In this document: positions 31,563 to 42,817 of the stretch, piece by piece
How the letters are laid out: each line of letters begins with the position of its first letter
Position numbering within the stretch: the first letter of the stretch is position 1
From: a bacterium
GTDB lineage: Bacteria > Hinthialibacterota > Hinthialibacteria > Hinthialibacterales > Hinthialibacteraceae
Direction: 5' to 3'
NCBI GenBank assembly: GCA_963663405.2
Contig: CAXXSM010000144.1
Location: 1-64,000 of the forward strand
DNA length: 64,000 nt
The notes under the pieces: model-generated
The model's database searches: none
Told to the model about the DNA's origin: nothing
What the model saw: only the letters and a program-made list of their open reading frames with translations
Program-made: the position numbers and the translations under genes

Positions 31563-34500
31563 TTATTCGGGAATTCCTACAGCGTCCGCGGCGCCTAAGG
31601 CGGCTACCTCCGCCGCGGTCATCGCGTAGTCACGAATCTGTAGGCTGTTGATATAACCATTGGCGTTTTGTTCGTTATCATCCGCAAATATCAAAAAAGT
31701 CTCCAGATAGTGAGAAGCGGCCGTCCAACGCAATTTGCGTGAGTGTTTGAACGGGCATTCCGTCGATGTAACTTGTCATCGTGCCGGCAGCCCCGTCTAC
31801 AACCAACGCTACACGGTACCATGTTGTGTTAGCGATGACGCCGCCGAAACTTTCATCGACGCCAATACCATTATTACTGGCGAACCAGTCCGCATTGTCG
31901 CTATTATCCGAAGACGTTTGCAATAAGGCCACTTGCCCTTGCGGTTTTGAATCCAGCGAGATGTCCATGATGATCGAGTACTGATTCACATTGGCGCCGC
32001 CGCCGTTCGCGGTGATCTGGTTCGGTACATTGAAATACGTACCCCGGATGAATCGCGCCACCTCACCACGTTCCTGATTGATCGTGACATTTCGATAGGA
32101 GACCGATGGACTGGATGAGGGAGCGGCCGCTCCCATACTCAGGGCTTGTCCACCGGCTGTAGAGGATGTCAGATCACCGTTGAATTCCCAATTATAAATC
32201 ATCGACAATGGGGTATTCGTCGGTGTCGCGGTATTGGTCGGCGTCGCGGTTGGTGTCGGTGTCTCTGTGGGCAACTCGGTCTCCGTGGCCGTCGGAGTAC
32301 TTGTCGGATAGATCGTACCCGTCTGAGTTGGGACCGGTGTCAATGTGTCCGTCGGAACCGGCGTCGCTGTCGGTGTTAATGTTTCGGTCGGTGTCATGGA
32401 TGGCGTCAGTGTGTTTGTCGGAGTCGGTGTCGCTGTGGCTCCTGGAATAAGAATACCGTCCGCATCCGCGGCGCCCAGAGCGGCGATCGACGCGGCGGTC
32501 ATCGGCATATTCCACATTTGTACGCTATTCACGATAACGTTTCCATTTTGCTGATTATCGTCGGCGAACAGAAGCGCGGTCGCTCCCAGCGCAAACCGTC
32601 CATCCAATGCGATTTGAGTGAGAGTCTGCACAGGCGCGCCGTTGATATAACTCGTCATCGTTCCAGCGGCCGCGTCGACAACCAGCGCCAATCGGTACCA
32701 AGTCATGTCGGCGATCGCGCCTCCAAAACTTTCGTCCACGCCAACACCGTTGCCACTGATGAACCAGTCCGCATTGTCAGAGTTGGACGGATTGGTTTGT
32801 AAGAGGGAGACAAATCCAGTCGGTTTGGACTCGACCAGAACGTCCATGATGATCGTGTATTTATTCACCAGTGCGCCGCCCCCATTCGCTTCGAACCCGT
32901 GGTTCGCGCTCAAATACGTGCCTCGCGCTAAGCGGGCCGTTGTGGCGCTTTCCTGGTTGATTGTACGATCACGGTACGTGATCGACGGAGAGCTAGCTGG
33001 CGCCACCGCGCCCGGTGTGAGAGCGGTCCCACCTGTTGAGGACGCCAGATTTCCATTGAATTCCCAATGGGAGAAGGTAACCGGCTGAGGCGCTGGTGTG
33101 TCTGTTGGAGCCGGTGTGTTTGTTGGCCCTGGTGTGTCCGTCGGCGTCGCGGTTGGTTCGGGCGTTACGCCTTCAACAGGTGTGTCTGTTGGAGCCGCAG
33201 TTGGTGGAACCGGTGTGTTTGTCGGCGTTGGTAGCGTTAATTCAATGGGGATACCCGCTGCGCTAACGCTGCCCAAATTCGCGATTTGTTCCGCAGTCAA
33301 AGCGTAATTCCGCATCTGGAGGCTGTTGATATATCCACTTGCGTTCTTCTCGCCACCGTCCGCTAGAATCAACGCGTTTGGAGCCAGCGACCAGCGGCCA
33401 TCCAGGGTGACTCCCGTCATGGTCTGCACAGGAGAACCATCGATATAACTGGTCATGGTCCCCGCGACAGCGTCGATTACGAGCGCGATTCGATACCATG
33501 CCCGGTTGCTGACAACGCCACCATAACTTTCATCAATGCCAACGCCGTTTCCACTCGCGAACCAATCCGCGTCACCGGCGTTGTCTTCATCCGTTTGCAG
33601 AAGTCCCACGCGGCCCATCGGTTTGGAATCCACCCAAATATCCATGATCAGGGTGTACTGATTCACGAGTGAACCACCGCCATTTGGCAGGAATCCATGG
33701 GGCACGCGGAAATACGTTCCACGAGTAACACCGGGCTGTGTAGGGCCCTTTCTTGATTGATTGTTCGTTCCGTATAACTGATTTCAGCGGAAACTCGCTG
33801 GAGCTGCGGCTGACAGTTCAAGCGTGGCGCCACCGTTGGAGGAACTCAGGTCCGTTGTGAAATCCCACTGATATACGAGTTGGGGCTGAGGCGTTGTTGT
33901 TGGGACAAGGGTCGCTGTCGGAGTGGGAGACGCCGTCGAAGTCGGTTCCGGTGTATCTGTTGGCGGCAGTGTGGGGGACTGGAGTTCCCGGCACAGTCGG
34001 CGTATCCGTCGGAACCGGTTGTGTTCGTCGGAGTCGGTTCCGCGGTGTCTTGCGGTATACCAGCGGCGGATGCGGCGCCTAGATTCGCGATCTCTTCCGC
34101 GGAGAGAGCGCGTAATTCCGGCATTTGAACGCTGTTGATATATCCACTATCGTTTTCTTCATTATTATCTGGCCAGCAACAAGACCGTCGGATCGAGCGA
34201 CCAACGCCCATCCAGTTCGATCTGCGTAAGCGTTTGAACCGGCGCGCCATCGATGTAACTGATCAATGTGCCTGCAACCGCGTCCACGACCAATGCGACA
34301 CGGTACCAAGCCCGATCTTCAATCGTTCCACCGAAGCTTTCATCTACACCGATTCCGTTGCCGCTCACGAACCAATCCGCGTCATCGGAATTGTCCGAAC
34401 TGGCTTGCAATAGGGCCGCTTTCCCCAAGAGGTTTCGCATCCACCCAGATATCCATGATAACGGTGTATTGATTGACTTTCTGCCCACCGCCGTTGGGAT

Positions 34501-36234
34501 CAAAGGCCGTGTGTCGCGATCAGATACGTTCCACGGGTGAACCGGGCTGTTTCCGCTCTCTCTCCTGGTTAATTGTTCGTTCAGTGTAGCTAATTTCAGG
34601 TGAGCTCGCTGGCGCCGGTATACTCCATTTCAAGACTGGCGCCGCCCGGAGGTCGTGGCGTCTAAATTCTCTCGAGAAATCCCACTGGATTACCGCGGGT
34701 GGTTGCGGAGTCACGGTCGCCGTTGGAGTGAATGTCGCTTTCGGGAGGCAGTGTATTGGTTGGGCTCGAGGGTATCCACCGGCGTTGGAGTTGGTTCCGG
34801 CGCGGTTGGATGATCCATCGCGGCTAAATATATTGATCCACTCGTCGGATTCACAGCGCCGGTAAATGCGATTAATCCACTTTGTGTTCCGATAATGTTT
34901 GTTATACTGTTGACGCTCGCGGCCGTCAAAGTCCCACTTTAATCGGCCGGTATTTGGATTGCGGAGCGAGCAGATTGGCGGAAACATCCGTCCCGCTGAC
35001 CGAGACGATGCAACCCCGTTCCCACGACCATAACTCATCGCCATCATCCAGATCGCCATTGAATTCACCCGCTCCGCAATACTGACGGAACCGGAGGGAT
35101 TGATGGCTTTCGGAAAAGAACGCTGATCACACTCCGCGATGGACGCATGAAGCCCGTGATAGTTCCTTCTTCTAAAACAGGGTTCGATGACGCCGATCAC
35201 ATTGATCGGAGCCGTGTTGCGGGGATCTTGATCTTCTTCGCTTCCGTGTTGACGGTTGTTGCCTTGGCTCGCAGCGATAATTTCGTTCTGGCCATCGCCG
35301 TTCAGATCCGCCACAACCATTTCAACGCCGCCATTGCCACGGAATTTTGGTTCGAATCCCGCGTAGGAATACCGGGTTCCAATTCCATAACTCTCATTAA
35401 TATTCAAAACGTGGAAAATCGTCTGGGATGTGACACTGTTCGTTTGGCCGACCAGCAGTTCATCGTCGCCGTCTCCATCCAGATCACCAGCCGCCAATGA
35501 TAAGCCTCCATTCGCGTTTTGCTCTTGGGCATTGTCGGATAAACCATTGAATTGGCCCACCACTGCCCAGCCATTCGGCGCGGCTTGGCCTGTGTAAGTG
35601 TAAATCCGGATGACGCCGTTTCCTCCATACCCCTGTGCGACAGCGATTTCATTCGATCCGTTACCGTTGAAGTCTCCAACCGCTGTCCGCACTTCTCCGC
35701 CGTTATAGTTCACGGCGCTTTCATCGCCCATTGGGAAGGCTTTCAAACGTATGGCCGATCACTTCTTTGGTCGAGCCGTCCCGTGGAATGATGATGTTCG
35801 GATAAATCGGCCCTTCCGCTGTGATAGGTCCTAGAGAAGCGACGATATCGGGTACACCGTCATTATTCACATCACCAGTGGAGATATATGTAATTCGTCC
35901 GGTTCCGCCGCCAATCGCGTCCCGAAACGCTCCACCCGCCGCTTTGAACGATAATATGATGGAAGTGAGTGTACCCGCATCGGCGTTTAGATTCCGCACA
36001 TTCACCAATGTTTCGCCCCCCAATCCTTGGGACAAGACGAGATCCTGAATTCCATCTCCTGCATTGTTTGTCTGTGTTTGTATCGCAACGGATAAAGTAC
36101 CGGGTTAACGCTACCGAGGCGGACACGTTCATCGCGCATAGGCTTACTACTATCAATGTCGATAGAATAGACCAATACGCATAACGATGTCTCATACTCC
36201 TAAGAGACAAACCTTCAAACAAGTTTCGGCTCAT
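31563..36234 (-). CDS. Very large secreted protein: FG-GAP/VCBS-like N-terminal region and four LamG/concanavalin-like repeats joined by Pro/Thr linkers (heavily frameshifted)
   Basis: Signal peptide; GDVNNDG, GDFNGNG, GDLDGDG and ADLNGDG motifs. Four ~200-aa copies of W.F.....GG..VNQY..IMD...WYR.ALVVD...YIDG..LDGR..INS.Q separated by PTPT tracts. Ends GAADAVGIPE*. Confidence 0.75.
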
Positions 36235-36831
36235 GACAGTTCCTTTCTATTTTTTCTTTTTTTTATCTGAATCCCTCACGGGAACAATCCATTTCAGTGT
36301 TCTAATTCAGAACACAACTCACACACCGCTCCTTCATTTGGACCGGGTTCCAATCCATCATACCTCATTCCACGCATGTATGTAAAGACAATAATTTAAA
36401 AAGTTTGGATAAATATTCACACTTTCCTTTCAATTCCATAGTTCGCTTGGGAATGATTTACTTTCGTGAATCATTTATCGATTAAATTTTCTTCTTTTTT
36501 ACCATAATAATTGTGTAATGAACCTTTGCATTCAGTTAATTTAACGCACTTTACAGTATGTATGTATCGATGTCAAGCAATTGCTTCGATTAAATTATTT
36601 TTATTTTTGTTAAAATTTTGTATGATAAGGAATCTCTTGAACCATCTCATTCACAAACTCTTCCACGAATCATTTTCATTTGCACGTTATGATCTCAATC
36701 AATTTTCATTCTTCATCAAGCGTAATCTATCGCAGAAAGTTTTCCTCTTCAAAACTTACCTAAAATTAATGGAGAAATAAACATATCAGCCAAATATAAT
36801 CTTTTGCTTCTATTATACGTAGCGCATGATC

Positions 36832-39513
36832 TCACATCTGCCTGGCTTCTTCCACCAGCTCATTCAACATCTGCCACGCTTCCACAGGCGATAGCGTATT
36901 AATATCGATATCACTCAATCGCGCTCTGAGCGGTTCTTCCAGCATGGAAAAGAGCGAGATCTGATACCGGTCGCTTTCATTGACAACGGGGGCTGTGAGA
37001 TGTTCACCGTTTTCCAGCCGTTTCAGGATCTTCCGCGCGCGGTTCGTAACTCGCTTGGGCACACCGGCGAGATCGGCCACGTGTATCCCATATGAATGAT
37101 CCGTGTAACCCGGCGCAATGCGGTACAGAAACCGCACCGATCCTCCCTCTTCACTCACCTGTACATGATAGTTACTTACGCGTTTGTGCGTGTTCTCAAG
37201 CGCCGCTAGTTCATGATAATGGGTAGCGAAAAGGGTTTTAACTCCTTTACCTCGTACGCCGTGCAGGTATTCTACAATCGCCCATGCGAGGTGAAACGCC
37301 GTCGAATGTGCTGGTTCCCCGGCCGATTTCATCAAGAATGACAAGGCTTTTCGGCGTTGCGCTGGTAAGAATGTGCGCCGCCTCACTCATTTCAACCATG
37401 AATGTGGATCGCCCGCGCGCTAGATCATCCGAAGCGCCTACCGGCCTGAACAAACGGTCTACAACGCCGATCGACGCCGATTGTGCGGGGACGAATGAAC
37501 CGGTCTGCGCGAGCAGTACAATCAACGCCACTTGGCGGATAAACGTCGATTTTCCCGCCATATTCGGCCCCGTGATGATTAATACCTGCCCTTTCTCTTG
37601 ACAAAGAAGACAATCATTCGGAACAAATTGATCCACGGCCGGTGATTGTTCTAAAACGGGATGCCGACCCTCTTTGATCTCAATCGTCCCATTATCCGTA
37701 ATCTCCGGGCGGCAATATTGATATCGCGAAGCCGCTTCCGCCATGCTTTGATAGACATCCAACCGCGCCAACAATCGAGCCAGGCGTTTTTAATCGCGGA
37801 CCATATCCTCGCACACTTTCCAATACTTGTTGGAGCAGAGTATACTCGACTTCTTTAATGCGGTCTTCCGCATGAAGCACTTTCGCTTCAAATTCTTTCA
37901 ATTCGGGTGTGATAAACCGCTCGGAATTGGTCAGAGTCTGTTTTCGGATATAATGGTCCGGCGCTTTGTCTTTATGAATATTGGTTATTTCAATGTAATA
38001 TCCAAATATTTTATTGTATGAGACTTTAAGCGATGGTATATCCGTCTTTTTCCGTTCTTGTTCCTGCAGCCGGGCGATATACCCTCTCCCATCTTTCCGG
38101 ATCGCCCGCAGTTCATCCAATTCCTCATCGTATCCGTCACGGATCATCCCCCCTTCCCGCACGGTCAACGGTGGGTTCTCCTGCAATGCCGAGGCAAGCA
38201 GTTCCCGTATCTCCATCACCGGATCCAATAATTCCCCCGCAGGAGACACCGTTTCACTTTGATCGTCCGCTTCGTCCTTCTCCCGTAACCCCCGCCGGAT
38301 CACCGAATCCTCCCCCACTTCTGATAGGAATTGATTTAACTGTGGGATCGATTCCAGCGTTACCCGCAGCATGGTCAAATCCCGCGCGTTGGCGTTTCCA
38401 AAGATCACCCGGCCCAGCAAACGCTCCAGATCGTGAACCATCCGCATCGCTTTACGAAACTGATCACGGATCTGAGGCTGCTCATAAAAAAACACGTACA
38501 ACTTCCTGCCGGATTCGTATCTTCTCCGCGTCCACCAATGGCCGCACGATCCATTGCTTGAGAAGCCGTCCCCCCATTGGCGTAACGGTCTGATCGATCA
38601 CGCCCAGCAGCGAAAACTTTTTCCCCCCTTCTCCAGCGCTGCGCAGCAGTTCAAGATTACGCTCTGTGCTCTTGTCGATAACGAGATATGCGTTTCGCCG
38701 GTACAACTCAAGAACTTTGATGTATTGAAGCGTTTCCTTTTGATTATCCTTAAGATACGTATAAATCGCCGCCGCCGCCGCATGAGCCAATTCCCGTTCG
38801 GATTGGGCTATTTTAATATCCGGATCGTGTTCTTCATCTATACCCGCAGCGGTGAATAATTCACTCGAAAACGCTTCAGGCGGCAAATCGGTAATTAAAC
38901 AATCGGCGTGTGAACGGATCTGTTTCTCAAACGAAGCGTCTCCCGCATTGGCGGTCTCTACAATCAATTCGCTGGGATTCAGCGTCCCCAATTCCGCCAA
39001 AATGGTCCGCCAACTCTCATTTCCATTTTCCCAAGTCGCGCGAAACTCCCCCGTCGTAACATCGATACAGGCCAATCCCCATCCATACAAATTTCCATTG
39101 TATAGAGCCGCGAGATAATTATTCTCTTTCCCATCAATAACGTCAGCGTCGATTATCGTTCCTGGAGAGATTGTCCGCGTCAATTCGCGGTTAAGAAGTT
39201 TTTTCCCTTTTTGCGGTTCTTCCGTCTGTTCGCAGATAGCGACCCGGTATCCTTTCCTCGTCAGCCGATAGATGTAATTTTGTATCGCATGATAGGGAAC
39301 TCCCGCCAATGGAACGGTTTTTCCCTGCCCGGTGGATTTTTTCGTCAACGCGATATCCAGCGCCTCCGCCGCTTTTACAGCGTCATCCATGAACATCTCA
39401 TAAAAATCACCGCACCGGAACAACAAAATCGCATCCCCACAGCGCTCTTTCATCGAAAGATACTGCCGCATCATAGGAGAATAATCTTCAATCGGTCTTG
39501 AAACAGATTTCAT
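36832..39513 (-). CDS. mutS: DNA mismatch repair protein MutS (split over 4 frames)
   Basis: [78 protein letters not shown]. Confidence 0.95.
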
Positions 39514-39538
39514 ATTTTTTCAAACTAAAGGTAGGAAG

Positions 39539-39597
39539 GTAGGGTGGGCTAAATACCGGCGCTTGCGCCGGAGTCTTTAAGCGAAGCGTAGCCCACC
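39539..39597 (+). repeat. GTAG-type REP-like nested hairpin
   Basis: GTAG-GGTGGGCT-aaataCCGGCGCttGCGCCGG-agtctttaagcgaagcgt-AGCCCACC. The aagcgaagcgtag part also occurs at about 17156-17169. Confidence 0.7.
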
Positions 39598-39651
39598 ATT
39601 TTTTTGCTAATCCATCCTAAAATCTTCCTCTCATAAAACCGGGATATCCAA

Positions 39652-40917
39652 TCAATCCTTCTTAAACATATAAACATGTACTCCCAATCCCTCAAACTCA
39701 TCAAAGAATGAACCGTCCTTGACCGCAACGCGCCGGTCTTCCCCCAAAACAGTGAGATATTCCGCCGCTCCCAGTTCCACCGGCAGGTTGGTAAAATCCG
39801 CCGCCGCCGGATCGATACCGGTATTGGCCGCGATTAGATAAATTCCATCCGGCGCTTCTTTGCAAAGTATTTCTATCCCCGCCGCGATTGTTGAGCCTCG
39901 TTCGTGATACCGTAATTCCATATCATTCGCTAACGTGGGACTGAGTAACACAGGCGCCAAAGCGTTTATTTCATTAAGGACGCGGCTCAGGTTCTTCACG
40001 AACTCGTGCTCGCCGGGAACCGTATGCAATCCCCAATACATCAGACCATTGGCGCCATGTATGATAGCGTTATAGGCCATAAAACGCGATTGAGCGTAGC
40101 TGGGAAAAATCACATGTTCGGGATTACGGTTATTGGCTTCGCGAGTGTATTCCCACGAAAATCCCTGGAGCACAAGAAACACGGGCTGATTGTCAAACGC
40201 GACCTCTTTCATTTTATCCACATATTCCCCTACGCAGCTGGGCGTTTGATTGGGGAGGTCTCCATGCCGCCCATCCGGCGTGATCGCATAGGTAGTTTTC
40301 ATGTCGGGATCAAGGATTGGATAGATATCCGCACAGACGATATCGCAGGCTGTGCTGTACTTTTGCAACGTTTCCACCATGTTGCGGGGCGCGTGATTTA
40401 AGTAGACAGGGTGATTGGGATCTAATTGTTTGAGAAATTGGTAGCCTTTCGTCAATCCTTCCGCCGTAGCCCGCGCTTTGGCGGGGGCTTTATTGGTCCA
40501 TGCGGGCTCATCCATGCTTTCCCAGAAGAGCAGGGCAGGGTGTTCCCGTAGCGCTTTTACAATCCGTTCCACGCCCTGTTCCTTCTCGGTTTGATTCCCG
40601 GAATCAAAATCGAGGCGGCTTCCGAATGAACTCCAGACATACAGACCCAATTCCTGCGCTTTATCCCACTCCTCCCGTTTCGCCGAAGAATGGATCAGGT
40701 TAAATCCCATCGTCTTCCCATCTTCCATCGAAAAACCTTTTGGAAGACCATAGGCCCCAATCACGAAAACAGGCTCTCCATTCACTTCCAGAAAATTATC
40801 CCGCCCAACACGGACAACGGATTCCCCAAAAGTCACTTCAGAAAATGAACAAAACGATCCTAACAAGAAGAAAATAACGAGAACACGAATATTACACGAT
40901 TTAGCTAAAGCAAACAT
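39652..40917 (-). CDS. Secreted TIM-barrel glycoside-hydrolase-like protein of unknown family
   Basis: Signal peptide; VNGEPVFVIG.Y, HPALLFWESMDEP, LDPNHPV, DIVCADIYP, VLQGF, AIIHGANGLMYW. Confidence 0.65.
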   Translation of the reverse strand: MFALAKSCNIRVLVIFFLLGSFCSFSEVTFGESVVRVGRDNFLEVNGEPVFVIGAYGLPKGFSMEDGKTMGFNLIHSSAKREEWDKAQELGLYVWSSFGSRLDFDSGNQTEKEQGVERIVKALREHPALLFWESMDEPAWTNKAPAKARATAEGLTKGYQFLKQLDPNHPVYLNHAPRNMVETLQKYSTACDIVCADIYPILDPDMKTTYAITPDGRHGDLPNQTPSCVGEYVDKMKEVAFDNQPVFLVLQGFSWEYTREANNRNPEHVIFPSYAQSRFMAYNAIIHGANGLMYWGLHTVPGEHEFVKNLSRVLNEINALAPVLLSPTLANDMELRYHERGSTIAAGIEILCKEAPDGIYLIAANTGIDPAAADFTNLPVELGAAEYLTVLGEDRRVAVKDGSFFDEFEGLGVHVYMFKKD

Positions 40918-41011
40918 AAAACACCTCGCGATAAAATGTGATGATTGAAAACATCAGAATGAGTGTCTTCAAGTAAATAACTGATGTTAAGCAACTTTAT
41001 TGATTGAGATT

Positions 41012-41264
41012 TTTTTGTCTGAATCCGGATGGCCAGGACAACCAGGATATACAGGATAGGTATTATCAGAGTGATATTGATCATCGAATAGTAAAATTCG
41101 TACTCAAAGTTTTTTATCCTGGTTATCCTTTTCATCTTGGGTATCCAGATTCAGACAAAAGCGGATTCAGAGAAGAACTTCAATCTATTGGTTTGCGTAA
41201 CATCTGTAAATAATTCCTATCCTGAATATCCGAAATATCTTGACCATCCAGATTCAGACAAAAA
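41012..41264. repeat. ~54-bp inverted repeats with a third internal copy (MITE/REP-like element)
   Basis: 41012-41065 tttttgtctgaatccggatggccagg...caggataggtatta matches the reverse complement of 41211-41264. Another minus-strand copy lies at about 41115-41160. Confidence 0.75.
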
Positions 41265-41400
41265 CGCTAATCAACCATTATAAAATAGCAATAATCATTG
41301 TATAGATTAAAGTAATCTAAATAATCCAGTGTCTTACAAGATATCGTGATTTCGATTAAAGTGAATGAAACCAGGCAATGAATAAAATTCTTCAAAAACT

Positions 41401-42660
41401 ATGAGCATTATCATTGATCTAATATTTAGTGGAATCTTCGGCGCAAGCGCGTTTGCGATCGCCGCGTTTCCAATACTGGGCGCTTCGTTGTTAATCGTAT
41501 CATCGACATTAGAAACCGCCGTGATCTCTTTCGGTTCCTGGCAAGGCGCTTTGGTGGATGGAGCGCTTGCTTTGTATCTTGCGGGATGCGCCCTGCGCTT
41601 GATCCTTGTTCGAAAAAAAGAGATCGGTTCTTTTTTCTATCCTCTAGCGGCGATCGTATTTACTGGATTTCTATCGGTGCTCTTCTGTTTAAATCCACTT
41701 TCAGCGGCGTGGTCCGCTTTTCGTATCACTAGTTACGCCGCAGCGGCGTATTTCTTTTCCGTGACAATCAACCGGCAAAGCAAAGCCGGCTGGATTCTTG
41801 CGCTCCTATTTCTAAGCGCCATCATCTCCGCGCTGCTTTCTATCATGCAATGGGTCCGGGCGGACGATCCAAGCCTAATCCATGTCTCCGGTGGATTCTC
41901 AGATTGGAATTTCTATCCAATTTTCCTCGCCTCGCTCTCCCCATTCTGGATCTATCAGGCGTTGCGTTTCAAACATACGGCAGGGGAGACACTCTTTCTC
42001 ATTTTCTTCTATCTAATGCTTCTGCTTGCTCTTGGAGTGGGCTCACGCAGTGGAACGGCGATTGTTGTGTTCGCGTATCTATGGATGGCTGGCGCCGGTC
42101 CATTAAAAAAGAAGCATATGACCTGGCTCCTCCCCATCGTTCTCGTTGGTGTAGCGCATCTTTCGTATAATGGATGGTTTACGTCTGTTCCCTGGTCGAA
42201 ACGGGCGGCGGATTGGATCGCGAGCCCACGCATGCAGGAACGGGCGGTCTCTGGCTTGACTGCGCTGCGTGTAGCTACCGGGCGCCCTTTGTTTGGCGCA
42301 GGAGTTGGTCAGTTTGATGAATACATCGAGTGGGCAAATCCGGATCTGTCGTATCTTGGATCATCAACGCAATCGTCTATCTTGTTAATCCCTGCAGAAA
42401 CCGGTCTATTAGGACTCTTCGCATATGTCTTCCTGATCGTTTCTCTTTTTTCCATTTCAAAAAAAAGAGATGTAGAGAATGAAGAACAACTCCAACTAAA
42501 ATCTACAACCATTAAAGCTTCAATCAGCATCGTTATCGCCGCATCTCTAATATGCGTTATCCACACCCACCTTTATATCTGGCTCCTGCTCGGATTTCTT
42601 TACGCTATGGACCACGCAGGTATCCAGCCCGTGAAAAACAATAACAATTCCAATCTATAA
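41401..42660 (+). CDS. O-antigen ligase (Wzy_C) family membrane protein
   Basis: Polytopic; GGFSDWN, GSRSG, ER...RPLFGAGVGQF, AETGLLG. Confidence 0.75.
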   Translation: MSIIIDLIFSGIFGASAFAIAAFPILGASLLIVSSTLETAVISFGSWQGALVDGALALYLAGCALRLILVRKKEIGSFFYPLAAIVFTGFLSVLFCLNPLSAAWSAFRITSYAAAAYFFSVTINRQSKAGWILALLFLSAIISALLSIMQWVRADDPSLIHVSGGFSDWNFYPIFLASLSPFWIYQALRFKHTAGETLFLIFFYLMLLLALGVGSRSGTAIVVFAYLWMAGAGPLKKKHMTWLLPIVLVGVAHLSYNGWFTSVPWSKRAADWIASPRMQERAVSGLTALRVATGRPLFGAGVGQFDEYIEWANPDLSYLGSSTQSSILLIPAETGLLGLFAYVFLIVSLFSISKKRDVENEEQLQLKSTTIKASISIVIAASLICVIHTHLYIWLLLGFLYAMDHAGIQPVKNNNNSNL

Positions 42661-42817
42661 TGTTTTTCCCAGTCCTGCGCTGATGTGTTCAAAATATGAA
42701 TTAATTCACTAATTTATATGCTTAAAAAAATGGTTAATCCCTAGATTTTATGGAGTATAATGATATAATAATTTACAATTTGGAATGAAATATTGTGAAT
42801 GAAAGGGGTATCAATTC

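Noticed and set aside
32180-34100. Arg/Cys- or Val/Gly-rich ORFs overlapping the large minus-strand gene
   Set aside because: They are shadow frames of the Pro/Thr linker codons.
35349-35362. tRNA T-loop-like GGTTCGAATCCC
   Set aside because: It lies in coding sequence (YAGFEPKF on the minus strand) and I see no cloverleaf around it.
36235-36830. Riboswitch, or ORF 36511-36780, in the long AT-rich spacer
   Set aside because: I recognise no aptamer consensus, and the ORF has no RBS or protein-like features.
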